57,067 nt of DNA from a bacterium (GCA_043818555.1 JBDRFP010000012.1:1-57067); one strand, 5' to 3'; shown: positions 1-9,670, numbered from the stretch's first letter. A program made the numbers and translations. Notes: generated by a model from the sequence alone, not told the origin.

Positions 1-1784
1 CCGGTTGAACCGAGTGTGGCGTCGCCGTTTGTAATGTTAGCGTCTCGAACTGCAGAGTCGAATACAATCACAGCCTGGTCAATTTGACCGTTGTTTCCTG
101 CAGCGTCGCTGAATGTAATAGATGTTAGAGCTGGTTTTGTAAGGTCCCATGAACTGCCACCTGATGGAGCGACTACTGCCGCAGATGGATTTACCTGGTT
201 GGTGCCGTCAGTCACGTCTACGCTTGCGGCCGGAGTGAAGTTGCCGCTTGGCTCGGTCGTGGAGGTGCTATCCATATATCCACCTGCCTGGTCAGCCAGG
301 TCAATTGTAATCGTGGATGTTCCGTTGCCACCGACCGTATTCAGTCCTGCTGTAACCGTAACGTCGTTTGCGGTACCGAAGCTCCCGAATCCACGTACCA
401 AACCTGCAGAGTCTAAATCGCCCTTTGTGGCCGTCGATGCACCATTCGCGACTGTCATGTTTTCTGAGTATGTGAAGCTCAGTCGGTTTCTGTTTGACGC
501 TGAGCTAAGTGCTACTGCAGTGAGGATCGGTGAAGCCCCGTCAGTTTCTGCAATGTCAGCTAGCGCAATCGCTCCGTCTACTGATGTGTCGAGAAGGTTT
601 CCAGCGAGGTCAGTAATTTTTGTCGTTGCCGCAGAGTAATCAAAATCTGACTCTGTTCCAATAGCCGTGTCTACTGCCGCGTCGTCAGCTGTACGGTTAA
701 AGGTTGCAGTTGCGTCGTTTGCCGTTCCGGTGTCGAATGTTACCGTTGTCGTGCCGGCAGTTGACGAAAGCGTAGCGTCTGCTGCCGTAATGTTAGCGTC
801 TCGAACTGAGCTGTCAAATACCACTACTGCGCGATCGATCTTTCCGTTGTTTCCTGCTGCGTCGCTAACTGTGATAGATGTCAGTGCCGGCTTTGTAAGA
901 TCCCATGAACCACCGCCGGATGCTGTTGGGTCTGCGCCGCTGGTGTTTACCTGCAAACCAACCCCGTCAACTATTGACGCCGAAGCCGATTCTGAAAATA
1001 CTCCGCTAGGCTCAGTTGTCGAAGCCGTGTTCATGTAGCCTGCTGCCTGGTCGGCCAGATCAACATATAGAGTAGAAGTCCCGTTTCCACCTACAGTGTT
1101 TAGCCCGGTGTTTACTGTAACATCACCTGTTGTTGCAAAAGTTCCGAATCCATCTACCGTACCAGCTGTGTCCGTGTCTCCCTTTGTGCCAGTTGAAGCT
1201 CCATTTACAATCGTCATGTTTTCCGAATATGTAAAGCTAACCCTATTTCTGTTCGATGCTGAGCTGAGCACTACTGCTGTAATGATTGGCGCCGCTCCGT
1301 CAGTGATGTTTGCTGCGCCAACTGTCCCCAGAGTTCCACTAGCGTTTACAATCGAGGCGTCAGCGTCGTCGTTATCGTATGCAATTGTTGGAGCTGTGCT
1401 GTGGCCGGTTGTATCCGCATTTGCGCCGGTAATAATCAGAGTTACTGTAGCGGTTCCCAGCACACAGCTGTGGCCTGTTGCAGCCAACGAGCCTCCGATG
1501 TCGTTACCAACATAAGTCCAGTCAGTTGGGATTTCAGCATCTGCAACGTCACACGTTGTTAGTGCCTCACCTCCGTTGATGACCACATCTACCTGGTCAA
1601 TAATACCGTCGTTGTCGGTGTCATAATAAGTTTGCGACGTGAAGCCTGTTGGCGCAGCCGCGTACGCTTGCTCGACTTGCATAAGCAAGCTTGCGAGCGA
1701 GACGCTAACCAAGGCCACGATCATGGCAATTGCCATCAACCACGTCCGGTCGCGTCTGAATAAAATCGAATTTGTTCGGGACAT
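1..1784 (-). CDS. Large secreted/surface (S-layer- or adhesin-like) protein with ~252-aa internal repeats; runs off the window
   Basis: Not in the ORF track because there is no stop in the window. Manual translation from ATG 1784 gives MSRTNSILFRRDRTWLMAIAMIVALVSVSLASLLMQVEQAYAAAPTG..., a signal peptide followed by T/S/G/D/A-rich sequence. The SWDLTKPALTSIT block recurs 756 nt apart. Confidence 0.85.
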   Translation of the reverse strand, partial: MSRTNSILFRRDRTWLMAIAMIVALVSVSLASLLMQVEQAYAAAPTGFTSQTYYDTDNDGIIDQVDVVINGGEALTTCDVADAEIPTDWTYVGNDIGGSLAATGHSCVLGTATVTLIITGANADTTGHSTAPTIAYDNDDADASIVNASGTLGTVGAANITDGAAPIITAVVLSSASNRNRVSFTYSENMTIVNGASTGTKGDTDTAGTVDGFGTFATTGDVTVNTGLNTVGGNGTSTLYVDLADQAAGYMNTASTTEPSGVFSESASASIVDGVGLQVNTSGADPTASGGGSWDLTKPALTSITVSDAAGNNGKIDRAVVVFDSSVRDANITAADATLSSTAGTTTVTFDTGTANDATATFNRTADDAAVDTAIGTESDFDYSAATTKITDLAGNLLDTSVDGAIALADIAETDGASPILTAVALSSASNRNRLSFTYSENMTVANGASTATKGDLDSAGLVRGFGSFGTANDVTVTAGLNTVGGNGTSTITIDLADQAGGYMDSTSTTEPSGNFTPAASVDVTDGTNQVNPSAAVVAPSGGSSWDLTKPALTSITFSDAAGNNGQIDQAVIVFDSAVRDANITNGDATLGST

Positions 1785-1958
1785 ATAAAAATTTGATTAT
1801 AATTTTGTTTAAAAAGTTATTAATTTGATTAAATACGCAAAAGGTTCTGAGCGCTGAAAACAGCTCAGACCTTGCGACAACTCAATTATATCACGGTTTT
1901 TTGCATCTTGGGATAAAACAATGGCACTTATCCACACGATTTATTACACTAGCCTTGG

Positions 1959-2597
1959 TCAAAATCGTCCTTCCAGCACATGAGTGATCGACGGAGCTTC
2001 ATTTCCGTCCCGAATTTCGCGCGTAATCACCACTTCCGTAAAGTCAAAAAGATCATCCTGAGCCTGTCCAACCTCAACCTCCCACACCAGTCCGTATAAA
2101 CCATCATCCCGCGCAAACATCTCCCCGGTTGAAAAAAATTTCAACACTCCGGGCTTTACCAACCAGCCTTCGTAATAGTGAGTTCCCAAGTCGATTTGAG
2201 GCACGTTTGCGACCACCACATGCGTAAAAAGCGTGCCCGAAGTACCTCGCCGAGCCATTCCGGAATACCCTGCCTCAGCCGGCACTGACCTAAGTTCGAT
2301 CTCAATAATCGGCAGTGTCTTCTCCTCGATTTCTACATCTTCTACTGTTTCTACGATTTCTACATCCATGATCTCAGGCGTCGCCTCGCTGTCATGGTCA
2401 TCGTTATAGTCATCGTCTCCATCCCCCCTCCCAAACACAACGATCACAGCCAACACGACCACAACAGCTCCAAAAATCCAAAACCACCTCTTCCGACCCT
2501 TCTCGGTCGAACGAGGCCTGTCCGATGTCCAGTCTGACCTATGTTGCACGTATCGATTCATCGATTTGTAAATTTCGTAATTTGTACGTTTGTACAA
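1959..2597 (-). CDS. Single-pass membrane protein, C-terminal domain resembling anti-sigma (RskA C-terminal-like) domains
   Basis: Basic N-terminus, TM helix WFWIFGAVVVVLAVIVVF, acidic linker, YYEGWLV motif. True start may be the downstream MNRY. Confidence 0.55.
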   Translation of the reverse strand: MYKRTNYEIYKSMNRYVQHRSDWTSDRPRSTEKGRKRWFWIFGAVVVVLAVIVVFGRGDGDDDYNDDHDSEATPEIMDVEIVETVEDVEIEEKTLPIIEIELRSVPAEAGYSGMARRGTSGTLFTHVVVANVPQIDLGTHYYEGWLVKPGVLKFFSTGEMFARDDGLYGLVWEVEVGQAQDDLFDFTEVVITREIRDGNEAPSITHVLEGRF

Positions 2598-2615
2598 TTC
2601 GTAGTTTCGTAACGA

Positions 2616-4796
2616 CTACAAGTCTTCAATATTCCTCAAAAACGACCCCGGAGCCTCCTTCTTTACCCGCTCGCCCAAATCATCAAGCACAATCGAGGGC
2701 TCATCATCCCAAAAAGTATCACCACTACTCAATCCAGAACTCGCCGATCCTGCCGATCCCCAGCCAGACCTCGCCGATCCCCAACCCCCTTTTCCTCCCT
2801 TCTCGTCCCTTATCGCCCCATATCCCACCAACCCTTGCCTCAACTGTACCAGCTCGCATTGGCCCTCTGGAATTTCGTCCAAAAATAGCGAAGGTTGCTT
2901 GATTTCCAGCGTATCGTGTCCGGCAGTGATTGGATAAGTTAAGTAGAGCTGGCGGCGAGCGCGAGTGGTTGCAACATAAAATAACCGACGCTCTTCCTCC
3001 AAACCGCCTTTTTCGTCATACGCCCGTCCGTGCGGGAAGTACCCGTCAGCCAAGTGCATTACAAACACATTATCCCACTCAAGTCCCTTGGCCTGATGAA
3101 CGGTCGACAACACCAAACGATCTTCGTCGTCGGCAGCAGTTTCCCGCACAGCTCCATACTCGTTCGTAAGACTCACCGCATCCAAAAACTCGCCCAAATC
3201 CTCAAACTGCTCTGCAAAAACCGCAAACTGTTCCAAGTCCTCCAGTCGCTCGTGATGGTTCGGATGCGTGTGCTCCAAATAAGCCTGGTAATCGTCACTT
3301 GCAGCCAGGGCGCGAATATAATACGACGGCACGCGCCTGTCCTTAAGGATGCATCGCAAAATTCTCATAAACCCATCCCAGCCGCTACGCGCGCCTGCTC
3401 CCATAGACACATCCAGCGCCAGTACATCATCGATATTTTCAATCTCCGAGCACGCTGCGGCGATCTTCACGGCTGTAACAATACCAATCCCGGGATGAAT
3501 TTTCAGCGCCCGCATCCATGCCATAGCGTCGCGAGGATTTTGAATCAGGCGGAGATGCGCCACCGTGTCCTTAACATGCGCGCGCTCAAAAAACTTCAGC
3601 CCTCCGCGGTATTCATATGGGATGTCCCTCTTCATTAGTTCAAACTCAAGCGCCTGCGAATGGAACGAGGCCCTGAAAAGCACAGCGATCTCACTCAGTG
3701 ATTTCCCCGATTCAATCAGAGAAGCAATTTGCTCGGCAATGTACTGTGCCTCCTGAGTTTGGTTAGCTGCCGGCACAAGGCACGGCGCCTCCCCTGGGCG
3801 CACAACAGCGATAAGGTCTTTTTTAAACTGATCCGTATTGTTTGCAATAACAGCATTTGCAACGCCTAAAATTTGCGGCGTTGACCTATAATTTGTTGTG
3901 AGTTTATACATCTTGGTTCCACCAAATCGGCTTGGAAATTCCAAAATATTGCGAACCTCAGCCGCACGGAATGAATATATGCTCTGAGCGTCGTCGCCAA
4001 CTACAAGTAGGTTTTTATGTTTTGACGAAAGTTGGCGCACAATTTCGGCCTGGATTACATTAGTGTCCTGAAACTCGTCAACTAAAACATATTGAAATTG
4101 TCGCGACAAATGATCGCGCACATCCCCGTGGTTTTGCAGCAGGTCGAGCAGGCGGAGCAATAAATCGTCAAAATCCATTGAATTTTGCTGACGTTTTTGG
4201 CCGTGATAGAGCTTTGCAACCTCGCCGATCTCGTCAATAAGCGGCAAAAACTTTGGATGCTTATTTTCGAGCGCGGCTTCAAGCGAACAATTTTTATTTG
4301 ATTGAAACGATATTATGCCGTGCAAAACGCCAGCACTTGGAAACCGTTTGCCCTTGGTGTCGATCTTTAGTTCTTTTACGCACAAGCTAACCAGTTCACG
4401 CGAATCTTCCTGGTCCAAGATCGAGAAGTTGGATTCATAGCCCAACTTGGCCGCATACTTTCTAAGAATCCTGTTCGCGATGCTATGAAAAGTCCCACCC
4501 CAAAGCCCTGCCGGGTACTGGCCAAGTAACATTTCGACCCTGCTGACCATTTCCTTCGCAGCCTTATTTGTAAAAGTGAGCAGGAGAATATTTTGAGGCT
4601 GGACTCCGTTTTCAAGCAGCCGAGCGACGCGATATGTGATTGTACGAGTTTTTCCAGATCCTGCGCCTGCCAAAACCAAACAAGGGCCGTCCCCGTTTTG
4701 AACAACATCGAGCTGGTCAGGATTAAGTTCGGCTTCGTAGTCGATTTTTAGATCGCGACCCTGCCCGGCGCCTTGTAGTATGAATTCCTTTGTCAT
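2616..4796 (-). CDS. UvrD/PcrA-family ATP-dependent DNA helicase
   Basis: LAGAGSGKT Walker A, TFTNKAA, VDEFQDTN, VGDDAQSIYSFR, NYRS, STVHQAKGLEW, EERRLFYVATTRA. Confidence 0.96.
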   Translation of the reverse strand: MTKEFILQGAGQGRDLKIDYEAELNPDQLDVVQNGDGPCLVLAGAGSGKTRTITYRVARLLENGVQPQNILLLTFTNKAAKEMVSRVEMLLGQYPAGLWGGTFHSIANRILRKYAAKLGYESNFSILDQEDSRELVSLCVKELKIDTKGKRFPSAGVLHGIISFQSNKNCSLEAALENKHPKFLPLIDEIGEVAKLYHGQKRQQNSMDFDDLLLRLLDLLQNHGDVRDHLSRQFQYVLVDEFQDTNVIQAEIVRQLSSKHKNLLVVGDDAQSIYSFRAAEVRNILEFPSRFGGTKMYKLTTNYRSTPQILGVANAVIANNTDQFKKDLIAVVRPGEAPCLVPAANQTQEAQYIAEQIASLIESGKSLSEIAVLFRASFHSQALEFELMKRDIPYEYRGGLKFFERAHVKDTVAHLRLIQNPRDAMAWMRALKIHPGIGIVTAVKIAAACSEIENIDDVLALDVSMGAGARSGWDGFMRILRCILKDRRVPSYYIRALAASDDYQAYLEHTHPNHHERLEDLEQFAVFAEQFEDLGEFLDAVSLTNEYGAVRETAADDEDRLVLSTVHQAKGLEWDNVFVMHLADGYFPHGRAYDEKGGLEEERRLFYVATTRARRQLYLTYPITAGHDTLEIKQPSLFLDEIPEGQCELVQLRQGLVGYGAIRDEKGGKGGWGSARSGWGSAGSASSGLSSGDTFWDDEPSIVLDDLGERVKKEAPGSFLRNIEDL

Positions 4797-4912
4797 GGTG
4801 GAGGCATTTTACCATACTTTCGATCCCCCTCCTTTTCAAGGAGGGGCTAGGGGTGGTTACCCGCCTATCGAATCTGCCCCGATCCGTAATCTTGATCCGT
4901 CTCGATCTCCCC

Positions 4913-5104
4913 AAAAGAAAAGACCCCCGCCGACCGAAATCGACGAGGGCTAGGAGGAATACTCAACCATGTCAGACAAGCGATTTCTCGCTAGCAGGAA
5001 TAGGCACCCATCATACCTGCTTGAGGACGCTCAAATGCTGCGTTATCGCGGTTCCCAACAGCCCGCGAATAGCCTGCACTCCACGCTATCCCTTACTCTC
5101 AAGC
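4913..5104 (-). ncRNA. Putative structured ncRNA, cassette 1 of 4
   Basis: TTGACA(5139-5134)-17-CACACT promoter. GCTTGAG/CTCAAGC, GCGT/ACGC and CGCGG/CCGCG stems, AGCGA-GAAA-TCGCT hairpin, GC hairpin plus U-tract terminator. Homologous to cassette 3. Confidence 0.65.
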
Positions 5105-5242
5105 AAAACTAGTGTGCCATATTGGTGGAAATTTGTCAAGGCTCAGCTGTAAAGCTAGCAAAAAAAACAGGGGTTCACAGTTCACCGACTTGCAACTTTG
5201 CACTTGCAACTTGCGACTTGTGCCTTTAAACTTTTGACTTTT

Positions 5243-5418
5243 AAAAAAATGACCCCCGCCGACCGAAATCGACGAGGGCTAGGAGTGCAAATGCTGTCTT
5301 CGCAATGCAAGAACCAAACGGTCGTGATGAACCGCTACCAGAGGCGCACAGATCCTCGCGAAGCGTTTCGGCACATTACGCCTGCCTAAGTTTCCGTACT
5401 GTCCTTTCGCTCCCTAGC
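5243..5418 (-). ncRNA. Putative structured ncRNA, cassette 2 of 4
   Basis: TTGACA(5453-5448)-17-TATATT. The 5' GCTAGGGAG can pair with CTCCTAGC just before the terminator. Terminator identical to cassette 1. Confidence 0.6.
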
Positions 5419-5447
5419 ATTGCCAATATACCAGTTTGTTGATGCTA

Positions 5448-5832
5448 TGTCAAGAAAGTGTTGGTTTCAATGGGGCTAGAGGGGCTAGATCTGTTAGCCC
5501 CGTTAGCTCCTAAGTAAACCACATGCAACTTTCTGACTTTCTTACTAAATAAAAAATGCCCCCGCCGACCGTCAACGGCAGGGGCAAGCAGGGACTGGCG
5601 TACCATGAAGCGCCTGCTTAAGGACACGGCGCACTGCGTTATCGAGCTCGCTTCCTACCTCGACCAGCCTATGCAACCACGCTGTCCCTTACTCTTAAGC
5701 GTTGGCATTATGCCAGATTATTGATGTTTTGTCAAGAAAGTGCTGGTTTCAATGGTTGCAACGGAGCTAGAGGGGCTAGATCTGTTAGCCCCGTTAGCTC
5801 CTAAGTAAACCACATGCAACTTTCTGACTTTC
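5448..5832. repeat. ~95-bp direct duplication (5448-5541 and 5730-5832) upstream of cassettes 2 and 3
   Basis: GCTAGAGGGGCTAGATCTGTTAGCCCCGTTAGCTCCTAAGTAAACCACATGCAACTTT occurs twice, each time abutting a -35 box. Confidence 0.9.
5551..5700 (-). ncRNA. Putative structured ncRNA, cassette 3 of 4
   Basis: TTGACA(5735-5730)-17-CATAAT. GCTTAAG/CTTAAGC is compensatory relative to cassette 1; also GGACA/TGTCC, CGAG/CTCG, AGCAGG/CCTGCT and a related terminator. Confidence 0.65.
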
Positions 5833-6083
5833 CGACTTTCGGCTTTAGGACTTTCCGATTCCTGACTAATATCAACCTGTTGCAGATTGTGGCCGATCGG
5901 TTAAAAAGTGCAACACTAGATAAGCAGTGCTTTCTAACTAACCCTCGCGAAATTTCAAATTTTTTTTTGTTTTGATGTGTACCCAAATTTAGCCGATCGG
6001 TTAAAAACAGGTACACATTTGAGTTGTGTTATGGGATTGGTACCGTAGCGCGCCGTGTTGAATGCTAGTGTTGAATACTAACG

Positions 6084-6325
6084 AAAAGAAAACACCCCCG
6101 CCGATACAAGATCAGCAGGGGTGAGACGAGGTCCCGACCAGAAATTCTCGATAGGGGTCAGGCCGATTTTTTCTCGGACCCTCTTGCCCTTCCCCCAACG
6201 CCACCCACGACTCCAGAGTCACGTGCCTCATGGGTGGAACGCCTACACGTCTCCGTAAGAGTCGTCGAGTTACCTGGAGCAAATAACCCTTCGACCTTAC
6301 GCCTGCCACCTGGTCAGGATTGACC
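6084..6325 (-). ncRNA. Putative structured ncRNA, cassette 4 of 4
   Basis: TTGACA(6359-6354)-17-TATAGT. Closing stem TCCTGACCAG/CTGGTCGGGA around three internal hairpins; related terminator plus U-tract. Confidence 0.6.
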
Positions 6326-6519
6326 GGAATACTATAACATATTTCCGCACTTTTGTCAAGCCCTGAGGGCAAAAAGCGCCAAAAAACAGGCGTTTTGGCC
6401 TGTTTGCAGTCGTTAAAATCGTTAAATCGTTCGCTACGCTCACTCGTTAAAGTCGTTAATTCAATCGGCTTTAACGCTTTTAACAAGGCCGTCAGGCCGA
6501 TTTAACATCTTGAACGATG

Positions 6520-7872
6520 CTAAACCACCAACGGCAAATCGTGAATCGTATTCGGTCTTCCCATTAAAACGTCAGCAATTCGATACGCGCCGTGCGTAGG
6601 AGCCTCAATGAACCCGTTCCACGCCTTGCGCGCCAAAGCGCCGGAGTTAATCCAGTCAAACAGCCACTCGTTCGCATAACGAGGATCGAGCTGGTCGATT
6701 CCACCGCCGACTTGCTCCAACCACTTATGGTTAAAGCCCTCTTGCGACCCTACAGTCGGCGCCATAATAATCGGAATGCCCAAACCCGTGTAGAACGAAA
6801 GCTCGCTCGGTTTTGTCCACAAAATGTCGATTTTACGCATCAGCTTGGTAAACTCATCAAAATACTTTGGCCGGTTTTCCTCAAACATAATGTTCAGGTT
6901 GCCTTTTTTGATTTCGTTCGTGAGCCCTGCTCTGTGCGACTCTTCGATAAAATACTCAGCAACCTCAGGTCGAGTGCCAGCGACCAAATGTAGAATGATC
7001 TTGCCCTGCTTAATTTCGCGCTCCAAGCTTTTCGCAATGACAGCTCCAATTTCGCGCTGAGCTCCGGCGCCTCCAACGACAAACGCCAGATTAATAGGCT
7101 TTGGCTTTGTCGATCTGATAGTTTTGCAATACTCAGGGCCAAGATGATTTGTTAACGCCTGCCCGGTGTGAGCCACAAAAATGCCGTTCGGGTCCAGGTT
7201 GCAAATGCGACGCTGCATGTCGGAAATGGCAACCTTAGCATCAAGCCCGCCCACAGCCTCGGTTGGCAAAGGAAATCCGGTCAGTTCAATGTTTTTCGCC
7301 GACACGCCGTAGAGCTTAAGCCGCTCGACAACTCGGCCGTTCGGTGCAAAATATCTGATCCTTGATTTGCGCGGCTCTAGCGGAACCCAAGCTCGGCTCA
7401 TGTCAGCGTCGGTCACAAGCGAAAAAATCTCACCTGGGTAGCCAAACTCCTCTGCAGCAAACGCAGGCGACATAAAGGTGCACACAAGCGGCTTAGGATC
7501 CTTCGCAAGGCTTTCAATTAAGTGCCGCATGTGATTACGGTAGCGAATCAAAAAGTACATTTCGCGGACCTGAAGACTTGGGGCTGATAAATCGCGGCGA
7601 GGGTAAAAATCAGGAATGCGCTGCAGTTCATCCATTAACCCAAAAACCGCGCGCCCAAGCAGGGGTACTTTTTTAAATCGAGAAATCTTCTCGTAAATTT
7701 TACGCCCGCCTTCCCACAGCCTGCGGTCACTGTCAGGGATGCCGTCGTAGTCGTTGGCGATTATGACTTTGCCGCCGGCGAACTTGCGAAGAACGTGCGC
7801 AGGGCGTTCGTGCCCATAGCCCATATCCACCGCTACGACATGGGCGATATTTTTATATCCTCCTTTAGACAT
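6520..7872 (-). CDS. Glycosyltransferase-like protein (GT-B, MGDG synthase/MurG-like)
   Basis: N-terminal VDMGYGH, VTDAD, TGFPL, GGAGAQ, DILWTKPSEL, GSQE motifs. Confidence 0.65.
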   Translation of the reverse strand: MSKGGYKNIAHVVAVDMGYGHERPAHVLRKFAGGKVIIANDYDGIPDSDRRLWEGGRKIYEKISRFKKVPLLGRAVFGLMDELQRIPDFYPRRDLSAPSLQVREMYFLIRYRNHMRHLIESLAKDPKPLVCTFMSPAFAAEEFGYPGEIFSLVTDADMSRAWVPLEPRKSRIRYFAPNGRVVERLKLYGVSAKNIELTGFPLPTEAVGGLDAKVAISDMQRRICNLDPNGIFVAHTGQALTNHLGPEYCKTIRSTKPKPINLAFVVGGAGAQREIGAVIAKSLEREIKQGKIILHLVAGTRPEVAEYFIEESHRAGLTNEIKKGNLNIMFEENRPKYFDEFTKLMRKIDILWTKPSELSFYTGLGIPIIMAPTVGSQEGFNHKWLEQVGGGIDQLDPRYANEWLFDWINSGALARKAWNGFIEAPTHGAYRIADVLMGRPNTIHDLPLVV

Positions 7873-8011
7873 GGCTAGATTATATCACAAAATTTGTTAT
7901 ACGGGACCAATAAGACCTGCCTTGCTTGCCAAAATTCGCTATCTGATGTACTATCTCGGCATCTAGAAATAACTTTTGCAACTTTCAACTTTCGACTTGC
8001 AACTACAAAAT

Positions 8012-8245
8012 ATGCCACGAAAATGCCAAGTGACAGGAAAATCGCCCCTAACCGGGAACAATGTCAGTCACTCAAAAGTAAAAACCAAGCGTCGACAAAT
8101 GCCAAACCTGCAACAAAAGCGGTTGGTTAATCCTGCGACCGGGAAAATCGAATCGATTTTGATTTCTACCCGAGGTCTTCGCACACTTGCAAAGTGGCGC
8201 GCAGAGGGGAAGAAGTACGACCTAAAGGAGCTTAAGAGAGCTTAA
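8012..8245 (+). CDS. rpmB: 50S ribosomal protein L28
   Basis: MPRKCQVTGKSPLTGNNVSHSKVKTKRRQMPNLQ. Confidence 0.96.
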   Translation: MPRKCQVTGKSPLTGNNVSHSKVKTKRRQMPNLQQKRLVNPATGKIESILISTRGLRTLAKWRAEGKKYDLKELKRA

Positions 8246-8316
8246 GACGGTTTACACGGAGCTTAAAAAAAAGAGCTTAGCGGATAAGCTCTTTTGTGTT
8301 TCGTTATAAGCTCACT

Positions 8317-9177
8317 TTAAGCTCTTTGTTCCTCAGGTTCAGCGCGATCCCCCTCAACAACCTCGGCACACAGCTCCACAATCTCTTGCGCGCGACTTTC
8401 CGATACGCCAACTCGGCTCGACAGCTCAGCAGGATCAATATTTACAACTTCGCGACATAACATTAGTCCCTGCTCAGCAAAAGCTTCCAGTTCTGAATCT
8501 GACAAAGTATCCAGCACGGTAACAGGGTAGAGAGTCATGTAGTCAACCATGCCTGCAAACGGCCGCTCGTCAGGTTCGTTCCAGCCAATCATGTGAATGC
8601 CTTTGCAGACTCCGAATTGGAGAGCGCGGTCGCTAAACTGGGCATTCGTAACAATCCATGGCTCGTCAAAATGCAGACATTTTCCAACAGCTGCGCCGTC
8701 AACTAAATCAAGAAACCGCGCCCAAGTTGCCATGGTATCTTTTAAATTCACGCTGTCTTGAAAGCTGTTTCGAAATTTTGCTTCAATAAAAAATCTCCTC
8801 CCATCTTTCTCTGCGATTACATCGACTTCATGCCGTACACACGAGCCTTCGAGTTCATCGGGCGGGATGTAGGCGTTGTATTTGTAGGCGTTCAAGATCG
8901 ACGCAACATACTTTTCAAAGTTGAATCCTGCCGGGCCGAGTTTGAGGATAGCGGCTCGCAGGTTGTAGCGCGAGGAAATACTTTTATTTTTTTTGCTAAG
9001 CTCAGCGCGAACCATGCTGTAGATTTCGCCGGTTGTCATGCCTTCTTTAATCTGCGATTCGGCCCGGGATACCACCTGGTCGACCAAATGTTTGCTTGCG
9101 CCTGTACGCAAAATACTTCGACGAAGTTTTTCGCCGTCATATTCAGCCCTGCTACCGTCAGACTTGATGATTTGCAT
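8317..9177 (-). CDS. ATP-cone domain plus Mrr-like PD-(D/E)xK restriction endonuclease domain protein
   Basis: IIKSDGSRAEYDGEKLRRSI ATP cone; FEKYVASIL...EVDVIAEK...IEAK nuclease motifs; VTNAQFS. Confidence 0.8.
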   Translation of the reverse strand: MQIIKSDGSRAEYDGEKLRRSILRTGASKHLVDQVVSRAESQIKEGMTTGEIYSMVRAELSKKNKSISSRYNLRAAILKLGPAGFNFEKYVASILNAYKYNAYIPPDELEGSCVRHEVDVIAEKDGRRFFIEAKFRNSFQDSVNLKDTMATWARFLDLVDGAAVGKCLHFDEPWIVTNAQFSDRALQFGVCKGIHMIGWNEPDERPFAGMVDYMTLYPVTVLDTLSDSELEAFAEQGLMLCREVVNIDPAELSSRVGVSESRAQEIVELCAEVVEGDRAEPEEQRA

Positions 9178-9440
9178 ACGGTGGAATTATAGCATACTGC
9201 AGGATCGAGGGGGTTAACTAATCGCCTTAAATAGATCGTACAGGACCCATAGGACCTATCGCGATTACGATGCAGCGACAACAAAAAAACAAATATTTTA
9301 TATCCCGAACAGGGAAGTGCAACTATCTTACTTCCTACTATCTACTAACTACTTACTGCGCTTCCAGGTATTACTTGACAAGCGTCGTAAAATGTGATAT
9401 TCTCTCCCGGGTTTGTTTAACGCAATCAACCGGAGGAAAG

Positions 9441-9614
9441 TTGGAACATCCCGCCACAGAGGAAGTTCGATGCACGCGCTGCAACGCCGCAATCGGTGCT
9501 GATTCAGAAGACGGCCTCTGCCCTGCTTGCCGCAAGGCACAGGATTTGATTAGCAAGCTGTCAGACCGGCCCCCTGCCTTTCAGGTGATCTTGTTCAGCG
9601 ATCCGAACAACTGA
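9441..9614 (+). CDS. Small Zn-ribbon orphan protein
   Basis: TTGACA promoter, GGAGG SD, TTG start, CTRC...CPAC, then a palindromic terminator. Confidence 0.55.
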   Translation: MEHPATEEVRCTRCNAAIGADSEDGLCPACRKAQDLISKLSDRPPAFQVILFSDPNN

Positions 9615-9629
9615 TCCCGATCGCCCTCG

Positions 9630-9670
9630 CGCCCGCTTAAGGTCCGTACGGACCTTAAGCGGGCGTTTTT
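9630..9670 (+). terminator. Intrinsic terminator formed by a 36-bp perfect palindrome
   Basis: CGCCCGCTTAAGGTCCGTACGGACCTTAAGCGGGCG followed by a T-run. Confidence 0.8.

Noticed and set aside
91-1515. Three plus-strand ORFs
   Set aside because: Antisense shadows of the minus-strand surface protein
1928-1936. DnaA box TTATCCACA / oriC
   Set aside because: Isolated box, with no cluster and no dnaA nearby
5015-5050. Twister ribozyme resemblance (TAACGCAGC...GTCCTCAAGC)
   Set aside because: Spacing and helix order do not fit twister, and CTCAAGC covaries with the 5' end instead; not supportable without cmsearch
4913-6360. CRISPR array
   Set aside because: The repeats are terminators and promoters at irregular ~300-530 bp spacing, and there are no cas genes in the window
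4723-6486. Short ORFs listed across the RNA array
   Set aside because: They cross promoters and terminators, lack SD motifs and are not conserved between homologous units
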